Source of the DNA: Mustelus asterias
Lineage: Eukaryota
Length of the DNA: 64,000 bases
Assembly: GCF_964213995.1 (NCBI RefSeq)
Contig: NC_135818.1
Span: 79,422,001-79,486,000 of the forward strand
Reading direction: 5' to 3'
Under the pieces are notes generated by a model. It did not search any database. It was given only the letters and a program-made list of their open reading frames with translations, and had not been told where the DNA came from. The position numbers and the translations under genes are program-made. Below are positions 37,791 to 49,414 of the stretch, in pieces. Position 1 is the stretch's first letter, and every line of letters starts with the position of its first letter.

Positions 37791-38212
37791 TATTATCTAA
37801 AACAGAGTTTCAAATAGATATAAAAGAGAAACTATATCATTCATCTCTTTCACTAGTATGGATCATTTTTGAAAAAAAATATTTTTGGCAAAGTTTCATT
37901 TCAATTTAATAAGAAAAGGACATCTATAAATATATTTTCCGACTAGAAACTATAGAATCTGAAAAGACTGAGCACTTACTGTTTGAATAGGAGCTAAGGA
38001 TTGTATAAAAGTCATTTACAATTATGGAGTTGAAATTCTTCCTGTTGATAGCTTTAACAAGCAGAATATCCCATTTTAACAGGAATTCTAATTCTGTACA
38101 AAATGATTTGCTATTTACTGGAATAAAGACATCAAATGATGAATTCACCCCATGATAATTTTCTAATTTTTAAAAAATCATCTAAGACATCAAATTGCAC
38201 AAAGATACTTAC

Positions 38213-38250
38213 ACTTTTGAAAGATGCTGCAAATTCCGCTACCCCTGGCA
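38213..38250 (-). CDS. LIN52: LIN52 duplicate copy B exon 3
   Basis: 38 nt, identical to copy A, splice sites intact. Confidence 0.85.
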
Positions 38251-39389
38251 CTGAAAGAGACAATGAGATTGGGTGATTTTTTTTTATGTCACTGAGAAGT
38301 GTCAGTGTTGAAGAACAAAATAGTGTTTCACTTTGAAGACTCCCAAGGCAGATATAGCACAGGATAAAGGCAGAAAATCACTGTCTCTCTGTCTGTCTCT
38401 CTTTGCTCTGGCCTAATGTTGTGCTGTGGAGATGCCGGCGTTGGACTTACATTAACCTTACATTTCTATCAACCTTTATACAGCCCTATTGTAATTTGGA
38501 GCAAATTAACAAACATCTTTTAATACAGTGTGCACTGTTCAACCCATGCAATTACCTGTGACTTTTCAGCCCCATAGTGCAGCTGTGGAATGTGACCACT
38601 CTGTGCCACCCAATCTATTTCATGTTGTGCCCCAGTATTTGGACACCCTTCAGTGCTGGTGTGAATTTTCCCAATGTCTCATACCAATTCTCGCCTCAGA
38701 ATTAAGTCACCAAATTCGGTTCAGCTTCATACACTAGGAACTGAGTTTGGATCTCACATATGGATTTCACATTGGACTCTTGCAACCAGCTCAGACAGGA
38801 GGTTTCTATCATCAACAGTCTTGGCTCAAATCCCAGTACAAGAATATTAACCTATTCCACCTCTTTATGGAACTATATTTGACGACAATACATTTTATAT
38901 ACTGAGTTAATCTTAGTCACCTTCTTTATTGTTGAAATAGCAATATTCCAGCTCATAGGAACCTTACATTTCTATCAACCTTTATACAGCCCTATTGTAA
39001 TTTGGAGCAAATTAACAAACATCTTTTAATAGTGTGCACTGTTCAACCCATGCAATTGCCTGTGACTTTTCAGCCCCATAGTGCAGCTGTGGAATGCGAC
39101 CACTCTGTGCCACCCAATCTATTTCATGTATTATCCTGTGGGATGCAATTTACACACCGCGGGCTCCCCTGTGGCATGCACTGTTCAGATCACTCCATAG
39201 ATGATGCACTATTTGCATCATATAGTGGTCGTACAAGATCCTTTCTTAATCCACATGGGGTTCCTGTGTGGTGCATTGTAGGTTCCATTCCTTTCAACAC
39301 TGATTGCTCAGTTTGAGCTACCCATTTTGTTTTTAAATCGATAAGCATCAGTTGTATTCTATGGGTAAATCATCAAAGAAATATCTTAC

Positions 39390-39464
39390 TTTGTTCTGGC
39401 CATAAATCTGGTGAAGCTCGATCTAGTTTCTCAAAGCTCAGCAAAGACTGCTCCAAATGTGCAC
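39390..39464 (-). CDS. LIN52: LIN52 duplicate copy B exon 2
   Basis: 75 nt, identical to copy A, splice sites intact. Confidence 0.85.
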
Positions 39465-40420
39465 CTGACGGCATAGAAGCAGAATATAAATAAGAGGCCA
39501 GGAGTCTTCAGGTCACATATTTTACAAGACATACACTGGTGGCCCAGTGGTTTTCATTTATTAACAGCAAGGCTGTAGTGGAACCACATATTCTCCACCA
39601 TTATTTTGGCCCCAGGAGAGAAAAATTAGACAAGGAGTTAACACATTCAAATTGTCACATCCAGCAGTCGAATGTGTAGAGTCCTTTCAGAATCCCCCAC
39701 ACAATTATCAAAGCTCCAATACTGGATCCATGTAGAGAAAACATAACTATTATCATACTTTAGCTCTGGCTGTCCACTGTAAACTAGTGTTTCTCTTGTA
39801 ACAGAGGGGATGCAACACCATCTCTGGAGCAAGACAGAATAACAGAAATAATTTTCACTTGACATTCTGTCCACCCCAACAGCTTTCTGGGGAAAAGATT
39901 TCTACTATTCTTTCTGTGAATAAATACTTCTAGATGAGTCTTCAAGTGAAATAGGGTTACAGGGCAGCTTTTAAATGAGCCAGTTATGCAAATATGATTC
40001 AGCATCCATTTAAAAGGCCTTTCATTCTGCCCTGTTATTGATGTTCAAAGCCCACATTTAGCATCTTTGTTGGGGAGATTGACAAATTTGCATAGACAGT
40101 TTCCATTATACGTGTGAACATAATCGCTCATGGCAGTGCACTTGGGGAACCAGGACCATGCACAATCTTGAAATAAAGGACAGAAGCTTGCTGCAGTGCA
40201 GCAATTAACAGATGTACCAGGATGGTACCAGAGACGAGGGACTCTGCTCGTGCAACAGATCGCACTCCAAACAGCAAATAAGACACCCGAGTTTAGTTAA
40301 TTATGTTAGTCGATATGTTTTGAAAAACAAAGTTTTGGTTGACATTGTGAAAGCGTGCATCATTTCTAAATCAGTGAGAAATGGGATTAGAAATGATGAA
40401 TTCCGGAGATGAGATGTTAA

Positions 40421-40847
40421 GAACATAGAAAAAATACAGCACAAACAGGCCCTTCGGCCCACAAGTTGCACTGTTCATGTCCCTACCTACCTAGGCTTAT
40501 ATATAGACTTGCCTATAACCCTCAATCCTATTAAGTCCCATGTACTCATACAGAAATCTCTTAAAAGACCCTATCGAGTTTGCCTCCACCACCACTGATG
40601 GCAGCCGATTCCACTCACCCACCACCCTCTGAGTGAAAAAATTACCCCTGACATCTCCTCTGTACCTACTCCCCAGCACCTTAAACCTGTGTCCTCTCGT
40701 AGCAGCCATTTCAGCCCTGGGAAAATGCCTCCGAGAATCCACCCGATCTATACCTCTCACCATCTTGTACACCTCTATCAGGTCACCTCTCATCCTTTGT
40801 CTCTCCAAGGAGAAACGACCGAGCTCCCTCAACCTATCCTCATAAGG
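40421..40847 (-). mobile_element. CR1 3' fragment
   Basis: ORF 40497..40832 FSLERQRMRGDLIEVYK...FFTQRVV. Confidence 0.85.
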
Positions 40848-42512
40848 ACGTTTGTCGTATGAAGAGAGATTTAACAGTTTAGGCCTATACTCTCTGGAAT
40901 TTAGAAGAATGAGGGGAGATCAAATTGAAGTATTCAAGATGATAAAACATATGGATAAAGTGGAGCGGATACTTCCTCTTGTGGGGCATTCTAGGATGAG
41001 AGGTCATAGTCTTAGGATAAGGGGTAGCAAATTTAAAACAGAGTTGAGGAGAAGCTACTTCTCCCAAAGGGTTACAAAGAACAGTACAGCACAGGAAACA
41101 GGCCCTTCGGCCCTCCAAGCCTGTGCCGCTCCTTGGTCCAACTAGACCAATCGTTTGTATCCCTCCATTCCCAGGCTGCTCATGTGACTATCCAGGTAAG
41201 TCTTAAACGATGTCAGCGTGCCTGCCTCCACCACCCTACTTGGCAGCGCATTCCAGGCTCCCACCACCCTCTGTGTAAAAAACGTCCCTCTGATGTCTGA
41301 GTTATACTTCGCCCCTCTCAGCTTGAGCCCGTAACCCCTCGTGATCGTCACCTCCGACCTGGGAAAAAGCTTCCCACTGTTCACCCTATCTATACCCTTC
41401 ATAATCTTGTATACCTCTATTAGATCTCCCCTCATTCTCCGTCTTTCCAAGGAGAATAACCCCAGTCTACCCAATCTCTCCTCATAGCTAAGACCCTCCA
41501 TACCAGGCAACATCCTGGTAAACCTTCTCTGCACTCTCTCCAATGCCTCCACGTCCTTCTGGTAGTGCGGCGACCAGAACTGGACGCAGTACTCCAAATG
41601 TGGCCTAACCAGCGTTCTATACAGCTGCATCATCAGACTCCAGCTTTTATACTCTATACCCCGTCCTATAAAGGCAAGCATACCATATGCCTTCTTCACC
41701 ACCTTCTCCACCTGTGTTGCCACCTTCAAGGATTTGTGGACTTGCACACCTAGGTCCCTCTGTGTTTCTATACTCCTGATGACTCTGCCATTTATTGTAT
41801 AACTCCTCCCTACATTATTTCTTCCAAAATGCATCACTTCGCATTTATCCAGATTAAACTCCATCTGCCACCTCTCCGCCCAATTTTCCAGCCTATCTAT
41901 ATCCTGCTGTATTGCCCGACAATGCTCTTCGCTATCCGCAATTCCAGCCATCTTCGTGTCATCCGCAAACTTGCTGATTACACCAGTTACACCTTCTTCC
42001 AAATCATTTATATATATCACAAATAGCAGAGGTCCCAGTACAGAGCCCTGCGGAACACCACTGGTCACAGACCTCCAGCCGGAAAAAGACCCTTCGACCA
42101 CTACCCTCTGTCTCCTATGGCCAAGCCAGTTCTCCACCCATCTAGCCACTTCTCCTTGTATCCCATGAGCCTTAACCTTCTTAACCAACCTGCCATGTGG
42201 GACTTTGTCAAATGCCTCACTGAAATCCATATAGACGACATCCACGGCCCTTCCTTCATCAACCGTTTTTGTCACTTCCTCAAAAAAAGGGTTGTCAATC
42301 TGTGAAATTTGCTACCCCAAAGTGCGGTGGATGCTGGGACAGAGAGTAAATTTAAGGAGGGGTTAGACAGATTTTTAATTGGTAATGGGTTGAAGGGTTA
42401 TGGGGAGAAGGCAGGAAAATGGGGATGAGGAGCACATCAGCCATGATCAAATGGTGGAGCAGACTGGATGGGCTGAATGGCCTAATTCTGCTCCTATATC
42501 TTAGGAACTTAT
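40848..42512 (+). mobile_element. CR1 3' fragment, interrupted by the 41074-42285 insertion
   Basis: SYEERFNSLGLYSLEFRRMRGD...FSQRV resumes after 42293. Confidence 0.8.
41074..42285 (-). mobile_element. Young 5'-truncated CR1 LINE with an open 377-aa ORF2 RT C-terminus
   Basis: GVPQGSVLGP and FADD motifs, no stops. TSD AAAGGGTT at 41066-41073 and 42286-42293. Confidence 0.93.
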
Positions 42513-43575
42513 GACTCCAGTTAAAATCATAAAACGATTGCACATGGAGAGTGTAGAAACTGGGGAAAACGTTTCTTTACAAAACAACTTATCTGAAATT
42601 CACTGGGTAAAACGGTGCTGGAAGCAGATTTAATGACAGCTTATTGAATGGAATTGAATGTATACTTATAAATGTAAAAGAAAACTAAGACCATTGGGAT
42701 CAGGAGAGTAGGACTGGGTAACTCTTTCAAAGAGCTAACATGGTCGGTGCAGGCTTGGAGGGCCGAAGGGCCTGTTCCTGTGCTGTAATTTTCTTTGTTC
42801 TTTATAGGCATGACAAACCAAACGAGCAGTATGACACGACGATCAAGAAATGCCTCTTCAAACAGAGTTGTCAAGCAGAACAAAATAACGCCGGTTTGGA
42901 ATGGTTTTAAAAACAATAATATGATGCTACAATGCAGAGCGTGGGTTAAAAAGTGGCATTAGGATCCCTCTGAATGAATTAAGATGAGCCGAATACGATA
43001 TTAATGGTTCACGTTTCGAGTCCCATATCAGATCATAACTCTTCTTGGGAAGAAGAATCGTATTAAACTTGAGAGTTCCGAAGTCAGATGGGACTCGAAA
43101 TGTTGACTCCGTTGCTCTCTCCACAGATGCTGCCAGCTTTTCCAGCACTTGCCGCTTTTATTATCGTGAAGTTGATGGTGATAGTATGAGGAGCAGACAA
43201 AAAAATGGGACAGATCTGTCAAATCCCAACAACAATGAAACTTCACTTTCGAAATATAATCCCTAATTCGAAATAAATTAACCCAGGGACGGAGGAAAAT
43301 AATGCCCAGGTTAATTCAACCCTCCCCTCTGCTTCACTCCTGAACATCTTATCAGTCTGACTGAGAGGGGGGGCGGTTGCTGTGGTAACCTGCCAACATC
43401 TTAAGAGAGAGAGAGAATTATGACGCGATTTGTTTTCTAAAAACAAAGATAAAGCACACGTCCATTGTTTTCACTAGAGTCTGGATTGTGAGAGGATGGA
43501 GTAGAGCCGGGTGCCAGGGAGCGATGTCCGCTCAGCAGAGGCTCCTCTCTCTCTCAGAAACAAATTGGAATTTAC

Positions 43576-43594
43576 CCGCACTCGGCGACGCCAT
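43576..43594 (-). CDS. LIN52: LIN52 duplicate copy B exon 1
   Basis: Identical to copy A exon 1, with intact ATG and GT donor. Confidence 0.8.
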
Positions 43595-44249
43595 CTTCCC
43601 AGCACCGTCACATGACCCAGCGGCAACCAAACACCAGCGACATGATTAATGCTTTTTTCCCCAGGGAGACCGGCCTTCCCGATTTTAGAGGCGATGTTGA
43701 CAGGAAAGCCTAACAATAATTTAAAAAATACACGCTGACGCCAAAACGTCGTCTTTTTGTCAAGTCGGCCGACGGTTAGGCGCTCGGGTCTCGCGCGAGA
43801 TCGCTCGCGCAAGGGGGGGGGGAAGAGAGGATTTGATGGACGTGGCAGTCGACCAATTGGAATCCGCACGTGGTGCAGGAACGACGAAATCGGCTTCGGA
43901 TAGTGGAAAGGGGGGCGGGTGGGAGATTTGATGGACGCATCGACCGACCAATCGGGAGGGCGGAAGGTGTTCCCGAGTGACGCAGGAGGCATCCATTCAG
44001 CTTCGAGGTCGGGAGGAAAGGGGCGGGACTGTGGAGGGGAATTGATGGACGTGGCGGCAGACCAATCGAACGTGTGGTTGGCTGGACACGTAACGCAGGA
44101 AGTCCAATCAGCTGGGAGATGGGGGGAAAGGGGCGGGCCCCGAATGGGGTGGGCGGGGCTGAGTGGGAGCCAGCGGCGTCCAAGTGGAGCTGGCGGGTCA
44201 CCTGGCAGGAGCTGGTGTGTTAGTCGGCAGGCGGGTTATCGGCTTTGCA
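43595..44249. promoter_or_regulatory. Bidirectional LIN52/ALDH6A1 CpG-island promoter, copy B
   Basis: Same architecture with four CCAAT boxes and TCTCGCGCGAGA at 43789-43800. Confidence 0.85.
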
Positions 44250-44285
44250 ATGGCAGCCATCCTCAGGACGACTTTAAGGCACAAG
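44250..44285 (+). CDS. ALDH6A1: ALDH6A1 exon 1 (start of mitochondrial transit peptide, MAAILRTTLRHK)
   Basis: gcaATGG Kozak context, Arg-rich peptide without acidic residues, phase-0 GT donor, head-to-head with LIN52 as in other vertebrates. Confidence 0.85.
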
Positions 44286-45296
44286 GTAAACCGGGTAGGA
44301 GCGATGAAATAGGAGGGAGGAAAATATAAAATAAAGATCTTGTGTGTGTGGTTTTTTTAAAAACTCCTCAGTACAGAATGTTCCAGGGCCTCACACTGGT
44401 CGAGCTGGTCTCTCTCGCAGTCAGTTCGCACAACAGTTTATATATAGAAACCTATGTGTATTTTTTTTAAATTCACGGCGCATCTTATTAAATTGTTTGC
44501 AGATTTTCAATTTGGCTAATGGGAAGTGTTATTTGATCAGCAATAATTTTTCCCCCATCATTTTTCACCCTTCCCCCCCTCAGCCAAACTTGTTTCTATT
44601 TATATAATCAGAGGTCGTTTTATTTCACTCCAAGTTGTCTTTTTCTGCAGTTTTGAGTCCATTTGTTTGTTGCTCCTCTTTATTTCCTCCCCTCCTTTGC
44701 CCTCCACAAGGGATCAGGTCGCCATTTGTTTGTGGGCAGAGTTTCTAAACGTATCACAGATACATGGAAACTGCAGGTCCCTGTTCCCAGTGATTATACT
44801 TTGTTGTTTTTGCCCCCATGTCCTTATCAGAATATTAATTGCAGTTGATTTGCACTTGCCAGCTGCTTAGGCGAAATAAGGCCTCAGTGGCTGTACAGTA
44901 TTGTGATTGTGGCATGTTGCATGCTGAGGCTGGGGATTTACCCCAAAACTTGAGATTGTAAGATGTCAGAGCTAATTTTCTTTATTCGAAGCTTCCTAGT
45001 TTTAATGAGCATGCCCAACAGTGCGGTTTAATGCCTCTCTTTTAAACTTTGTTCTTCCTGCAGTTTATACTTGGATTGTCTGAAAGAAAAGTAGAAAATT
45101 GTTGCTGTCTTTTGCACAGTCTGCAAGCCTGTAGGTCAGATTTAGTGGGCGGCTTCCAGATCTCCCTAGTTATTGGTTCAGTCGTGTTGGGGAGGGTTGT
45201 CCTTGGTTCTCTGTTATACAGCATTTTTTTCCTTGCTAATCTCGTCCTCTGGGAATTTGTGGCATAGATTCAGGATTCACACACCCGCATCCAAAT

Positions 45297-46341
45297 TTGA
45301 TTTATTATTGTCACGTGTTAGTATACAGTGAAAAGTATTGTTTCTTGCGTGCTATGCAGACGAAGCATACTGTTCATAGAGAAGGAAAAGAGAGAGTGCA
45401 GAATGTAGTGTTATAGTCACAGCTAGGGTGGAGAGAAAGATTAACTTAGCGTGAGGTAGGTCCATTCAAAAGTCTAATGGCAGCAGGGAAGAAGCTGTTC
45501 TTGAGTTGGTTGGCATGTGACCTCAGACTTCTGTATCGTTTTCCCAGCGGAAGAAGGTGGAAGAGAGAATGTCCGGGTTGCATGGGGGGGGGTCCTTAAT
45601 AATGCTGGCTGCTTTTCCGAGGTAGCGGGAAGTATAGACAGAGTAAATGGATGGGAAGCTGGTTGCTGGAAACTCTCAGCAGATCTGACAGTATCTGTGG
45701 AGAGAATAGAATCAATGTTTCAAGTCTGGGTGACCTTTTGTCAGAGCCCAGCATTGTGACTAACCCTGAAATATGCTAGCCAGCCATTCAGTTCAAAGGC
45801 AATTGGTAATGGGCAAAACATCCTGGTCTTGCTAGTGATGCCCACATTCCATTAAAGAATAACAAAAAAGCTTTACTGAGGTTCTGCAGGAGCTTTCCCA
45901 CCAGAGAAGTTTACTTTTTAATGCTAAATTACTGCATTTGTAAGCAACTTTTAAAATAGATTCAAATATAAAAAAGATATTCTTTCTACTTGGCTCTGCT
46001 TGCCATCTCTCTGGCTTGTGCCTTCCTAACCCATCCACAGACCGCCTCCTCCCACTTGCTGACTGTTCCGCTCAACAACTCCTCCCCAAAACCATTACTG
46101 TGAACAAGGGCTCAGCTCGAGGTAGGAAGCAACCTACGGAGTGAGAGCTTTGTGTATCTTCAATTTTCCACAAAATCAATTTTAATTTCCCAGGTGCCGC
46201 TCCTGGACACCTAAAAACCTCGACCATTTCTGCTTCGTCCCCATCGATGTAGACAGAGGCATGTTCTCCACTACGTTTTCTGAAGTCAACGACTGTCTCC
46301 TTCATATTGTTGACATTGAGGGAGAGATTATTGTTGTCACA
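45297..46341 (-). mobile_element. Rex1-like LINE insertion carrying an internal copy of local sequence
   Basis: LINE at 45297-45663 and 46203-46341, TSD CCAAAT. Empty site catccaaatgttgcaag at ~23202. Confidence 0.8.
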
Positions 46342-48334
46342 CCAAATGTTGCAAGTGAAAGACGCTTTAAGTTTTTTTTAGGTTGTAAGATTCTGTCAGT
46401 TTGCTTTTAAATGGTCATCTTACCATAGTGATCAGCCTCAACAGATCTTATTTTTCCACACATCGGTCTTGTGGTTTCCTCTTCAATTGCTGTAGGAGCC
46501 TCCCATTTTGAATTTAAAGTTGCCGAACTTCATAGTTCTCTTTCTTTCTCTTGGTCATATCTCCTCTAAACTTCCTTCAAGTCACCACTTTCAGCAAGCT
46601 CTCATGCCTTAGAACATAGTCAACTTGGTGCCACTTATTGATGATATTCACTAAAGACCTTTCTTCCACCACCATCCTGAGGACTTCTTTGTTCCTCCTC
46701 TTCTCTCAGCTAACCCGCCACATCCTTCTCCAGAACAAATTTCACAACTTTTTTGTCTTTTGATGTCTGCCATTTTGAAGGTCCGTGCTTCAGCTCTGTG
46801 CACCTCAAGAAACTCCAAATCTACCTTAACACTTCACAAGAGCTCTATTCATTCCTGTTCTGAGTAATATTTTGTTCAGCAATTGCTTTTTTTTGCCATT
46901 GGTATGATAGCTCTGATTTCTTCATAACAGTAACCATCTTCTGGCATTATGCTTCCCAGGTACTTGGATGTGATAAAAGCAAAATACTGCAGATGCTGGA
47001 ATCTGAAACAGAAAATGCTGGAAAATCTCAGCAGGTCTGACAGCATCTGTGGAGAGAATAGTCAACATTTCGAGTCTGGATGACCCTTTGTCAGAGCCCG
47101 TCATTGTAACTAACTCTGAAATATGCTAGCCAGCCATTCAGTTCAAAGACAATTAGTAATGGGCAAAACATCCTGGTCTTGCTAGTGATGCCCACATTCC
47201 ATTAAAGAATAACAAAAAAGCTTTACTGAGGTTCTGCAGGAGCTTTCCCACCAGAGAAGTTTACTTTTTAATTGCTAAATTATGTATTTGTTAACTTTTA
47301 AAATAGATTCAAATATAAAAAAGATATTCTCTTTCTACTTGGCTCTGCTTGCCATCTCTCTGGCTTGTGCCAATGTGCTTCCTAACCCATCCACAGACCG
47401 CCTCCTCCCACTTGTTAACTGTTCCACTCAACTACGACTCCCCTAAATCATTACTGTGAACAAGGGCTCAGCTCGAGGTAGGAAGCAGCCTGCAGAGAGA
47501 GAGCTTCGTATATCTTCAATTTTCCACAAAATCAACTTTAATTTCCCAGGTGCCTCTCCTGCAAAGGTCGCCTTGCTTTTATTCTTTAACCTTCTAATCT
47601 TTATCTGTATCCTTAAGTTGATTCTATTTTCGTTCTTCCTGTGACGCACCTGTTTTGCCATTGCTACTGTTAGGGGAGGTGGCAGCGTTGTAGTATTGTT
47701 ACTGGATGAGTAATCCAGAGACCCAGGGTAACGCTCTGGGGACTCAGGTTTCAATCCCATCACAGCAGATACCTGTAATTTTAAAAACCTGGAATTAAAA
47801 GTCTAATGTTGATCATGAAACCGTTGTCGATTGTTGTAAAACTCCATCCGGTTCACTCGTGTCTTTTAGGGAAGGAAATCTCGTGCTTGCCGGGTCTGGC
47901 CTATACGTGACTCTGGACCCACAGCAATTTGGTTTGACCCTTAACTGCCCTCTGAAATGGCTTAAGCTACTCAGTTCAAGGGCAATTCGGGAAGGACAAC
48001 AAATATTGGTCCAGCCACTGTTGCCTGCTCCAAATGAATAAGAAAAAAGAGGCTCTGCCCCTTTTTGAAGATGTGAATTTTCAATTTCATGCGAGTGGAA
48101 CCTTTGTGACTTGAACTGAGACGGAGCAAACTGTAAAAATGCATGAGGCCATATTCTAAAGTGGAGGTGAGAAACCAACAGATTGCACCTGGGAGTGTGA
48201 AGAGAGAGACATTTCCTACAAACCAGACACCAATTAACACTCATGGAAGAAACATTACAAGTGCAAAGTACTAGATCTTGAAACAATGGCTGGCACAGAC
48301 AGGCATACCCCAGACCTCTGGGCATTTTAAAATA

Positions 48335-48608
48335 TGATGTGGAGATGCTGGCGTTGGACTGGGGTAAGCACAGTAAAAAGTCCCACAACACCAGGTTAAA
48401 GTCCAACAGGTTTATTTGACAGCACTAGCTTTCAAAGCCTCAAGCTTCCTCTTCAGGTGAGTGAGGACTTGTGTTCACAAACAGGGCATATAAAGACACA
48501 AACTCAATTTATAAGATAATACCATTTTAAAATAGTAAGTCTCACAACAGCAGGTCTTGTGAGACTTCTTACTGTGCTTACCCCAGTCCAACGCCGGCAT
48601 CTCTACAT
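48335..48608. mobile_element. Two adjacent Penelope-like insertions in opposite orientation
   Basis: Three copies of CATTTTAAAATA (48323, 48523, 48609) delimit two fragments. Confidence 0.75.
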
Positions 48609-49414
48609 CATTTTAAAATAACCAGTCACTGGAAAGAGATTGCAAGTGACACATACGGTTTCAAGAAAGTCTTTGGCAGATGAATCAAGCTCTATAATTT
48701 CTCCCTTTCTCACTCTCTCTTTGAGTGAATGTGTTGCCCAGTTTGGGAAGCCAATTCCACCAGGCACCTACCAGCAAACCGAGATCTTGTAATAATTGCA
48801 AAATCTGACCGTTCAAGAAACCAGCTAACTTAAATCTGCTGCAGAGTTTAAAATCTATGCCTTCCGGACAATCAAATAACACTTAACAAAATAAACTTAA
48901 AAGACTGAGGAGATTGAATAGAGGGGAGCCAGTCCATCCTTCCTCGCCTGGTCATAACACTACATTGTAGTTATCTACTGCTCCAGCTTAGCATTCAAAT
49001 ATTTTCCCATGTGTGAATTATGCATGCATATGTTCTTTCTAGGCACTAACCCCGTTATCCTCCTCACCCATCCCATTTGCCAGCCACTTGTTTGCATCTC
49101 AAATTTTCAGAAACGTGTGATGAACAATTTTGCATGCTGCCTTTTATGGTTTCATGGTTGTCCTTGAATAAGTGTCTTTTAAAAGCTTCTATAATTTGTC
49201 CCCATATAGCTAATCCCCTCTAATGTTGTTGCCAACTAATCTTTTCTTATCCCAACCAAAGTTCCCAACAACTTCAGTTTCTTTATATTTGTTTCAGGTT
49301 TGCTGACTGACTCTGGCTTGTTTTCTCCAGGTCATTCACACTACCTCAAAGGTGTCTGCAGTCCAATTCTGATCCTTTACACATCTGGGATTTTAGTTGC
49401 ACTAAGATAGTCAC

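Larger units (their letters stand above)
27197..49015 (+). repeat. Tandem segmental duplication, copy B (~21.8 kb)
   Basis: Same order of exons, old repeats and unique intronic blocks as copy A, with copy-specific indels. Confidence 0.92.

Noticed and set aside
41142-42275. 377-aa reverse transcriptase ORF as a host gene or novel RT system
   Set aside because: Ordinary 5'-truncated CR1 ORF2 with TSD and no endonuclease domain.
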